DNA of 39,574 bases, taken from Psammoneis japonica (lineage: Eukaryota). Below, in pieces: positions 24,801 through 34,449 of the stretch. How positions within the stretch are numbered: the stretch's first letter is position 1; each line of letters opens with the position of its first letter. Both the position numbers and the translations under genes were made by a program. The notes under the pieces were generated by a model. That model saw only the letters and a list, made by a program, of their open reading frames with translations, was not told the origin of the DNA and did not search any database. The DNA lies in NCBI GenBank assembly GCA_008632985.1, contig QPGO01000068.1, positions 378,570-418,143 of the forward strand, in the 5' to 3' direction.

Positions 24801-27143
24801 ACATGCCACCATGCTCTTGCAGCATGTCTGATGCAAATTTTGGCTAAATTTGTCTGTCACACATGGGCAGATGTCTTTCTTCTGATCCACTGCTGAAAAA
24901 GGATTCCTTCCAGTTGCAATGGGGAGCCTGTTAGTTTCATGACAAGGCACAGCAACAGTGCTGCAGTCATGCCAATGAAAGAATGTGTGGTCTTTTGAGG
25001 TGTCAACATCAAGCCTGCAGCCCAAACCCCTGCCATTCTTCTTGTCATGCCCACATGATGAGTGACACTCAACTTCACAGGAGAGGTTGGAATGCAAAAG
25101 CACTTGGCGTGGATGTGTTGCTCGCATCTGGCACATCATCAAACACCGTCCACTCAACAACTCCCACACCTCCCATGAACATGACCTCCAACACCCAAGG
25201 ATGACGGAAGTGGTTCTGTGTTGTTGAACAACTCAAAAGTCCCAGGTGCAAAGTCCTCCTTGTCAAAAGCAAAAGTTGCGCTCACCCCAGAATTGAGTGA
25301 AATCTCAAATTGCTTGTTGTGAGGGGACAAGAAGGACACCAGAAGATGATCAACTTGTTCCTGCAAATCAACGTTCACAAAATGGTGAGAGTTCAGCAGA
25401 GTTGGGTGGTTTCTTCTTCTTGGGCATCTCCGCATGTGGATGACACCTGCAAATCACACAACAGAGCATTGCTGAAGACCACATGGATGCAACGTGTGCC
25501 AACAAAATGCACATGGCTTCTGTGATGCTTCCAACATCACTGAATCTGAGTCTTCTTTGATGTTGGACTCCGTCCGACAATCGGTTTTAAAGAGAACAGA
25601 GCCCTTTGTGAATGGCAAACCAACAGTCCACTGGACCAACAAGTTGCACACCAAAGCACCACCCACAAAGATTTGATTTGATGTGTTCTGGGTCAAAGTG
25701 CATTCTTGGGAAGCTTGAACAGTGCCACCAGAACCTTGCACAGAAGGGTCCCAAGTGACATTGCTCCTGTTGGCATTTGAGGTGTGACCCTTGGATTGAT
25801 CTTGAGCAGCAGCAGCAGGGTTCTGACTGTTTGCACTGGTGCCTCCCTCTGGAGCCAAAGGACCAGCAGTTTCATGAGTGGCCCAACACCCACATCTGCT
25901 GTGTCAATGCTTGGTTGCACTGTTGGAGACTCGAGTGTGAGATTCTCCACATGTCAGAGGAATCCTGCAAGGGTCCCTGGGATTGCAAGTGATCTGGCAT
26001 TGCCAAGGACTGCAGCAATCTCCTCAACCACATCAGTCTGCCTTGATCTCCATGAACACCACATCCACCACAACCTTGATCTCCACATCCACCGCCACCT
26101 CCTTGACTTGTCATTGTTGTTCTGAGGGAAGTGTGGATGGATGTGGCCTTGCTGACCACATTTGTGGCAAAACACAGTCATCCGCACAGTTTGGAAATGC
26201 AGCAGAACTGGACTTGCCTGCATCAAAAGGCATCCATTCTTTGTGATCCATCAAACTGGCACATGACTTGTTGGCATGAACAAGATCATCACATGTGTGT
26301 TTCATTGGATCCATGTTGACTTCATTGAAGAGAGTCATGAACCTTGACAGTCAATGTTGCAAGACCACTGTAAAGGATTGAAGCAGCATCTTCAGGAAGT
26401 TTGTGATGACCTTCCAGATGTCTGCAAAATTCAGCCAACTTTGCAGTGGAGTTCTTGATGTTCTCACCCAGTTCTTCCATGAGTTTCACAGCCTTGAGTT
26501 TGTCCACCACTGCACAGAGAGCCAATGCAGTGGATGCATGCAACTCGGCAGCAACAAGCTTGTAAATGATGGGCCCATGCGCAGGTCCATTGGCGCACTT
26601 TTGGACATCACCACATGCAGCAACACCAACTGAGTTGAGAAAGAACTCTGCAGACCACCATGAGCTCTGATGATCACATTGGTCACCCACAGTGAGCAAG
26701 TCTTAAACATGATCCTCAACCTCTTGCAGGTCCAACAAACTGCAATCCATTTTGAGATTCAACTCTAGAAGTGCCCCTGTCCTTGGATCTCTGCTCTGGA
26801 CACAGAACGCCAAATCCATGCTGCTCATGAGAAGGTGTTTGCCAACAGAGTTGGTCTGACTGATGAGAGTCACCTTGCAATCCATGTTGGTGTCAATCTT
26901 CTTCAACTCCAAACCTTTCTGACAATGGGGTGCAATTGTCATTGAATGATGGAATGACGTTGGACGTCAGCAATGTGGGCCGCATGCCATGGCATGTGGA
27001 TCAACAACTCGTGGACCACTGATCCAAGCAATGTTGTTGATGATGCCACCAATTTGAGGAACAACTGACACAGCAGTGTGGTGTGTGGCTTGATCCTCCT
27101 CAAGATGCAGAGAAATGTCCTGGAGATTGTTGCTTGGACTCAT
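21900..27143 (-). pseudogene. gag-pol of Copia 2 (many stops and frameshifts)
   Basis: Gag knuckle CHKCGQQGH; RT VLPGTWVLVIKRNPDG..KARFCVQG and LVCVDD; RNase H AECVAPSQAMR, EDNNGA, KHIGVKHH, ADALTKGL, KIMGW. Confidence 0.85.
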
Positions 27144-27240
27144 TGCTCAAAATCATCTGGTGCATCATCCTCAAACAGATTGGCGTCATCATCCCTGACC
27201 AGGATGTTGCCTGATCCTGCTGAACAATCACTCAACACTT

Positions 27241-27252
27241 GAGCTCACAACC
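27241..27252 (-). other. Primer-binding site of Copia 2 (internal tRNA-iMet type)
   Basis: Minus strand GGTTGTGAGCTC beside the 5' LTR resembles the Copia half-tRNA-iMet PBS GGTTATGRGCCC after TA->TG. Confidence 0.6.
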
Positions 27253-27617
27253 ACAGAAATGAGCAAGATGACAGCATGAGCTGGGGTGACAGCAATCATG
27301 CAAACAGCGCACAAGCCTCAACAGTGTGTGAGCTGTCAAAGTCATCCTGGTCCTCACAAATGTGGAAATTCACAAGAAGTGAGAGAAGGAGAAGGGAGCC
27401 CCAAAAGCAACCAAGAAAGTCAGAAGAGAGAAAAGACACTGTTTCAGTGCCAACCCCACAAGAAGATCACAGATTGGACAACAACCGAAAAAAAGCAAAC
27501 CAAAACAATGGACCAAAAGATGTCAGCACACAAAACCCAATGGTCCACAAGCAAGGACAGAGGACCAAAACTCTCACAAAGACAGTGACAGCAAAATTGT
27601 GTGTGTCACCATCCTGC
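27252..27617 (-). repeat. 5' LTR of Copia 2, main part (remainder at 34454-34484)
   Basis: Direct repeat of 21380-21744; homology resumes after Copia 3 (ATCACAGATCAGAGCTGGAAGTCTTGTTGCT). Confidence 0.85.
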
Positions 27618-27799
27618 CGAATAAATGCCGATGCAGCCGCGTGGGGCAATGACAGCACCTTGAGCCCAAGAGCAGTGGTGACAAACCAAAGAGAACCCCA
27701 TGTCGATTGGATCGCACAAGATTGTGGGAAAGAACAAACCACCAGATTGTGCGCGTCAGCCCCGGACCAGGGACTGACCGCTCCACCCAGATTTACTCG
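27618..27799 (-). repeat. 3' LTR (182-bp shared repeat) of Copia 3
   Basis: Ungapped match to 34268-34449 with 18 transitions. Confidence 0.92.
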
Positions 27800-27963
27800 G
27801 TCCCCGCGAAACGGCAGTGACAACGCCGATTCGTCTAAACCTAGAACATCCTCTCATAGAGAGGTAAACACAAAACCCAAATTCAGACCACCAGCAATGC
27901 TGGCTTGGGAGGCCAAAAACACGTGGGCGCAAGCCGCAGGTGTCTGGCCTTGGTGTCGGGGCT

Positions 27964-30900
27964 CTACCAAAAGATGCAAGAGCAAAGTTTCCAACGCCGC
28001 TCTCCCGTCGTCACCTTCGTAAACAAATCCGCCAAATTCGTGTCCGTGTCCTCCTTCCCGATGCGAACAATGCCAGCCGCAACCGCTTCACGAACCAAAT
28101 GACAGTTGATGGCATTGTGCTTCTTGTGCAACACAGATTCCAGAATGCTGACGTTCTTCACCACGCCGCGGTTGTCGCAAAATACATTGGCAGGGCCTTC
28201 AATCGGTGCTCCAAACATACGAAGTTTGTAACGCAAAGCAACAATCAACTCCTTGCAAATGCGCATCGCAACCAATTCGCTGCCAAACGTCGCCGACTCC
28301 ACTGTGTTCTGCCGCTTGCTAAACCAAATGATCGGAGCATTGTTCACGAATGTCAAAATCCCGCCATGCGATCTGCGAGTGACAACGTTTCCCGCATGGT
28401 TAGCGTCAACAAATGCAGACACATTTGCCGGGTTGCCACGGGGCTTGGGCATCCGTGGCGGCAACTCCTCCTCAACGTCCCCATAAAACTCCGTCCAGTC
28501 CGCAGTAGAATTGAAAACAGATTCGTCAATCACAGGCATCTTCGGGTCAAAACCAATGCGACCGACATTCAAATGCTTCTTCATGTGCGCGAACACGTGG
28601 TGCAATGCTTCGAGGTGCCCTTTCCTTGGGTTGGCTTGACACTGAGAGAGAATGGAAACTTCATGCAAGACATCGACACGGCCCAACTCGATCGCCCAAC
28701 GACAAATGCCAATCAACTGCAAATGCCTGTCCACCAAATCGGGTCCCAACTCGTCCGTCACGTCTAATTCTGGCTTGCACTTAGAAGGCAGTGGGTCCCT
28801 CACATTGTTCTTCAAGACTGCTCCGTCACCGTCCTCTTCTAACAGCCCTTCCACCGTCTTGATCGCCGACTTGACACACGACTTCGGTGAGCTTGCCCAA
28901 ATGGCACGCCCATCTTTGGTCTGAACCTTCTCGACGTCGGCTCCAAGGCACAACGATGGCTCTCCTTCACTCGCAGGTTTGACAGCAAATGATTCACCCG
29001 TGCTCTCGACAATGGATTTTCCTTGATGAGAAATGATTAGAATGTCGTCAACACAAACCAAAAGCATTTCATAATGCTCACGCCCATCGTCGCGAGTTGC
29101 CGCACGAATGTGAACGTCGGGATCCGCCTTCGTTGATTCAAAACCCATGTTCCGTAAAACCGATGCCAATGCGGACCTCCAAGAGTGTCCAGAGCTCTTC
29201 AAACCGCACAGCGCTCGAGTCACCACTAGAACCTTGCCTTGGCACTCTCCACATTCCCTGCCACCTTCGAACCAGATCTTCTCCGCACACGGGGCATTCA
29301 AGTGCGTGTTCTCCAGGTCGACAGCCGTGATGTCCACTCCATTCAATGCTGCCAGCAGGAATCCTAACCGTGCGCTATCCCTCGAAACAACACTTGAGCA
29401 TGTGATCGATGATGGTGTTTCCGCAGCATGACCTCCTGCAACAAATCTGGCCTTCCCAGTGAAATCCATCTTTACGTCGAACACCAAATGGCACCTGATC
29501 TCCTGACAACCACGTAAAGTTGCACTCTTGCCTTCCCGGACGACTTGAGGGGTTTCAGCTTCATGTTCGCGCCACGCTGTCTTGACCTTGTTCATCTCCT
29601 TGTTGATTGCGCGAGCCCAACAGTCCGTCCCCGTTTCCTGGTCAATCTTCAAAGCATCTTCCGTAGACTTGGGTAAACGTGTGCCGAACTTGTGGGCAGT
29701 GCGCCAATGTTTCTTCTCAACCTTCGAGATGATGCAATTCCGCTTGCGCAAAACATGTGTGACACACCAAGCAAACGCTGGTTCTTCGGTTAACCTGTTC
29801 GCTGCAGCATGCTCAGCAAGTTCAATTGGGTTAGACTCCTTCAGATCCTTGAGTTTCACCCACGACGAGCTGCCGTCCTTCCATGCGACCAATGGGTTCC
29901 ATCCTTTCGCAGTTATCTTCTTATGTTCGTTCCCGTCAGCTGTCTGAACTGTTCCTTCCTGGATCGGCATGGCTTCGCCGGTCTTTTCGTGATCCTGCAT
30001 CTCCTGTAAAATAGAATGCTGGTTGCCTTCGCTGTCAACTTGAGCAAACACATTCTCCGCGATCACATTGGCAGTGCACTTGTCTCTGGTGCCGTCTGTG
30101 CATTCAATCTCACATTCGCGGGTGTCAAACATTGGATTCTGATGCCGGGTTCCAATCGGTCGCCCATCCTGACCTCGTGCCCGCTTGACTGCGACTCCTC
30201 GCCGTTCAGCGTTAGTCCCAACATCAAACATAAGTTCCATTCCGAGACATTGATCAATTGCCTGTTCGTCGTCGTCCTCGGGTCGTTCTCCTGGCAACAA
30301 CATGTCCCCGTGTTCCTCATCGGTTGGTGTCACACCGCCTTCATGTTCCACGCCGGGGTTGCCGTCGATCGCCAAATCATCCAATGCAAATGCTGGTGCC
30401 GCTTCGTCGCCTTGTAAAACGAAATTGGTGTCATCTAACCGTGCCTCCAGTTGTTCGTTAAACTTGTCGACTTTCACACGAATGTCCGGCTGCACCATGT
30501 CGGCCTGCGTTACATGCTCGACCGAAGTCTTCGAAACTGTCTTCCCGGATTCCGTGATGATCCAATGACACATGTCCGATCCGACCTTGTGAGACATGCC
30601 AAGCCATCGTCCAAGCCTCCTCGGGTCATCTGTTGCATTCGGCTTGTCGTGTCTGTCCCACCACCAGACCAGATCATAGAAACCGAAGTCCAAATGCTTG
30701 CCTGTTTCGGGTGTCTGACCAGTTGCCTCTTCACACCCAGTCCGTTTGTCGCGGCCTCTTGCCATGCGAGATACAAGTTCCGATTCATAAACTAGACCAA
30801 AATCCCACAATCGTTTCGGCACCTTCTTCCTTGTCATCCGCAGGCGCCAACGCTTGGCCAAGAACCCGATCTCTCTTTCTGCTGCGTGATTCTGATTCTT

Positions 30901-32295
30901 ACGACCTTGTTCCGTTGTCCTGAGTTGGATCCTCATTCGACGTGCGTGTTTCACAAACTCGGCACTTCGTCCTGTGAACTCTCCAGCACCATCCGATGTG
31001 AGATGCTCCGGCACTCCCACATCGTCTGTAAAGTCAACGAGAGACAAACCTGCCTCCGACCTTGCGGTCATTGGCACAACCTTTACGAACTTGCCCTGAG
31101 TGCAAACATTGGCACAAGTGTTGCCGAGCAAAGACTTCACCTTGGACATTAACGTGTCCACAAACCATGTCCCTTTTAATCTTTTCTGATGCAGGTCCAA
31201 GTGATCCACCCCAACTCTCCTTGACATTGGTTGGGTCGCCGTCCGCACACCGCGCTGTGCAGTTACATTGAGAGTGTCCTTAGCCGTTTCCAAGCCGACG
31301 CTCCACTTTCGTGCTAGCTCTTCAGCGTCGATCTTGGAGTGACGGTCCTCACTGCGCAATTCCTCAACCGCTCTTGCTCTTTCGTCTGCGTCTGACCCAC
31401 ACGCACAAGCCACGTTGACTGAACTGATGAGCCTGTCACAAAAGGATTGAAGATGATAGACTGGAGACAATCGAGTGAGTTCAGCTTCAACCTCGCCCCA
31501 TTGGACTGCTTGAGACTTGGCCCTGTCGCTCTTCATTTCTGAAATCTGTTCCTGTCTCATGCCAGATGTCATCGAACGGACAGTGCGCATCTCAGATTGC
31601 TCCCTTGTACGCTGTGGTGAACCCATGTCGACTTCCGTTGGACTCCATGCGTCTCCTGTCAGCAGCATCACTGGCAAGTTCTTCTCCTCCCAATCCGTCG
31701 GAACACGAGACTTGAAAGATGCAATTGTCCCCATGGAATTGAAAGGTGTGAAAGCTTCATCAGCTTCGACTCCAAACCCATTTCGAGTGTCGCAAGGGTT
31801 GTCGTGTACGGGTGTGTCACACGCTCGCAACTGATTGGGGTTCAACAATGAATGCTGCATGTCAGTTCCAAACCACAGCATTTGGTCTCCAACCAGCAAG
31901 TGCTCGCGAGTCGTTTCCGGATCCGTCCACACTGTGCAACAACGCGCCACAGGAATCTGTTTAACCGGCTCATACGAATCTAGAAACGGGTGCACTTCAC
32001 AGACTTTGTTCGTCAATTCCACAAGTTTCCAGTTAGCGCCAGCACAACAAGCACCCGCATGAGTGTCACATTCGTTCCTCGCCATGAAGCCGGGTGTCGT
32101 TAAGTTCGTCATCGCGGTGGCAGTCGTTGACCTTGTCACACGTTTCGAAGTCAAAGCAACGCGCCTTTTCGTTACCTTCTCTTGCAAATGAAATGTTGGG
32201 TGGGGTTTAGTTGACAACATGATGAGCAACATGAACACAAATGACATGTGCACCAAACACGCCAATGCTCCCGTAGTTGAAACCACCCCGATCAG
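27964..32295 (-). pseudogene. pol: pol of Copia 3 (protease, integrase, chromo-like domain, RT, RNase H); uninterrupted but hypermutated
   Basis: 1440-aa ORF: DTHAG (protease DTHAD-like), FVDT/SDGAGEF/AEREI (DDE integrase), KARFVAGGH, LVCVDD, VDANHAG, FCDN, ADLFTK. Only about 7 Tyr remain. Confidence 0.9.
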
Positions 32296-33819
32296 TCAAA
32301 CATGACCTTGACAGGCCCCTCGACCGAAAGCGCGCCCATTCCTGCCACCACGATCACGGTCAGCTCCGCGACCGCGGCCACCGTTTTCACCTTGCGCTTG
32401 ACCTTGCTGCCCTTGACCTTGACGGTCTTGAACCTGAGCTTCGGCTGCTTGCCTGTTGCCTCCGTCGCGTCCGCCTCTTCCTGCAGGGTTTCCTCGACCA
32501 CCGCGTCCGTGCATCCTTTCACGAGCTTGAAAAACATAATTGAGACCTCCGTTAAAGCGCAATCTGTCCCATTCCTGGTCGGCAAATGTCCTCGTAGGAT
32601 CCGACACATCGACTCCGTTAATCACAGTTGTGCGATCACCACCCCTTCCTTGATGTCCTCCGCGTCCTCCACCGCGGCCAAATCTGCCGCCACGCCCACG
32701 ACCGCCGCGATGGAAACCTCGGCCACCACCGCCACCTCGGCTGATCTGAGAAATCTTGCGCTTTGTGCAATGCCGGGCTTCCAACTGAGCACCTGCATGT
32801 AAACGAGAGACTTCGGATGAGAAATGAGCACACGCCCCCGCGAAGTCACGAGGGTGCTGGTTGCCAATGACGGCCGTAGCCGCCACAAGACGGGCATCCT
32901 CCGATTTGACACCCTTCTGTGACATTTCAACCTTCTGCCGAGCAGACATGCTTTCATCCGGAACCTCATCCAAAGTGGCAAAGGCACTGGTGAGTTTCTC
33001 CGTGAATTTCTCAAACGTAAGTGCACCTTCCTTTTTGTAGAGTGACGTTTCAACATTGGCCTTGGCCAAATGAACTCGCTTGCTCAATTCGCCTTCGCCA
33101 TTGCAATGGTTGACCCAGGCCCAGAATGCTTCGCGTCCATTATCTGTTGCATCGTATGGCTCAATCCAAGCCCAACCAGCCGCATCAATCAAATGCTCTT
33201 TTAACATGCGACACACGCGACGATCATCCACATCAAACGCGTCTCCGGCGAGCGGCAACTGATGCATGCGCTCCTCCTGATTGTCCGCGAACTCCGCCGG
33301 TGCAGGCATCCTCCTCGCGACATGTTTCAACGGCTCCTTAAGTGCACCAAGCTTCTGCGCCAACAAGTTCAAGAAAGCGTCTTCACACACGTCAAAATCT
33401 TCCGCTTTGAATTTGGTGAGGCTGTCAACCATCGCAGTGGATTCCGTAAACTCCTTTTCAATGCGCCTGCCGTCCCCAGCCGCCGCCACAGCTGCAATGT
33501 TAAAATTCGCCACGACCAGTGGCTGGTTCCGTTTCGTTAAATCTCTCAACCACCAAACCAACGCCTGCAAGTTCTTAATCTGTGTCATCCCTGGCGTCAC
33601 GCGTCCATCGGCTGCTGTACGATGAGCCGCCCTTTGGGCTAGATCCTCAACATCATGGTCCGTTTCCATGACAGCAACATTCTCAAGAGCAGCAAACCCT
33701 TCATAGAAAACAAGCCTCGCCCCAGCGTGTTGGTCAACAACACCACAAACCTGCAATGCCGTGTCTACGTCAGCCGCCGCGGCCAAAGCCGCAAGTGCCA
33801 CTGCTGGTGCCGCTGCCAT
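32296..33819 (-). CDS. gag: Gag of Copia 3 with RGG-rich C-terminus (no CCHC knuckle seen); hypermutated
   Basis: Long ORF upstream of and in frame with pol; likely start MAAAPAVALA at 33819; GRGGRG-rich tail. Confidence 0.8.
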   Translation of the reverse strand: MAAAPAVALAALAAAADVDTALQVCGVVDQHAGARLVFYEGFAALENVAVMETDHDVEDLAQRAAHRTAADGRVTPGMTQIKNLQALVWWLRDLTKRNQPLVVANFNIAAVAAAGDGRRIEKEFTESTAMVDSLTKFKAEDFDVCEDAFLNLLAQKLGALKEPLKHVARRMPAPAEFADNQEERMHQLPLAGDAFDVDDRRVCRMLKEHLIDAAGWAWIEPYDATDNGREAFWAWVNHCNGEGELSKRVHLAKANVETSLYKKEGALTFEKFTEKLTSAFATLDEVPDESMSARQKVEMSQKGVKSEDARLVAATAVIGNQHPRDFAGACAHFSSEVSRLHAGAQLEARHCTKRKISQISRGGGGGRGFHRGGRGRGGRFGRGGGRGGHQGRGGDRTTVINGVDVSDPTRTFADQEWDRLRFNGGLNYVFQARERMHGRGGRGNPAGRGGRDGGNRQAAEAQVQDRQGQGQQGQAQGENGGRGRGADRDRGGRNGRAFGRGACQGHV

Positions 33820-34253
33820 CCCATGACAAGAGAAATGGAGGCAATGACCCATGCAATGGGTCACAATTTGGTGTGAGTGCGCATGGCATAGGAGGCCACA
33901 CCGACCGGTGCCGTGATGGCGGGTTCACATAGCCAACCGACTTTGGGGTGATCAATCCAGTGTCGTTTCCATCGTGAGCACACGCTTGGGCATGCTGCCC
34001 AACACCGCAGTCGTTCCACACCCGTTAACAACATGGAGATGGTGACCACTTTGCGAGTGTTTTCCGTTGCAAGCTGTTTCCTTTGGTCGTCACACGCGAC
34101 ACAGAGCACACGCTGCACGCGACAACCCCCTTTCGATGCCACGCGTACGAATCAGTACATTTTCTACAGCTGCTCGTTCCATGCACACAATCACAACAAT
34201 CAACCGTTTGCAACGAGTTGTTTCCTTGTCCGTTTCGTTCAGCTTTTCATCAA

Positions 34254-34264
34254 TGGCTCTGACA
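34254..34264 (-). other. PBS-like site of Copia 3 (tRNA-iMet 3' end)
   Basis: Minus strand TGTCAGAGCCA equals TATCAGAGCCA after TA->TG, but is preceded by CTT rather than TGG. Confidence 0.55.
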
Positions 34265-34267
34265 AAG

Positions 34268-34449
34268 CGAATGAATGCCGATGTGGCCGCGTGGGGCAAT
34301 GACAGCACCTCAAGCCTAAGAGCAGCAGTGACAAACCAAAGAGAACCCTGTGTCGATTAGATCGTGTGAGATTGTGGGAAAGAACAAACCACCAGATCGT
34401 GCGCATCAGCCCCGGACCAGGGACTGACCGCTCCACCCAGATTTGCTCG
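34268..34449 (-). repeat. 5' LTR (182-bp shared repeat) of Copia 3
   Basis: Ungapped match to 27618-27799. Confidence 0.92.

Larger units (their letters stand above)
27618..34449 (-). mobile_element. Ty1/Copia LTR retrotransposon 3 (diatom CoDi-like), full length, nested, 4-bp TSD CTGC
   Basis: 182-bp direct repeats at both ends; CTGC at 27614-27617 and 34450-34453; gag and pol (PR-IN-RT-RH order) between them. Confidence 0.95.
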
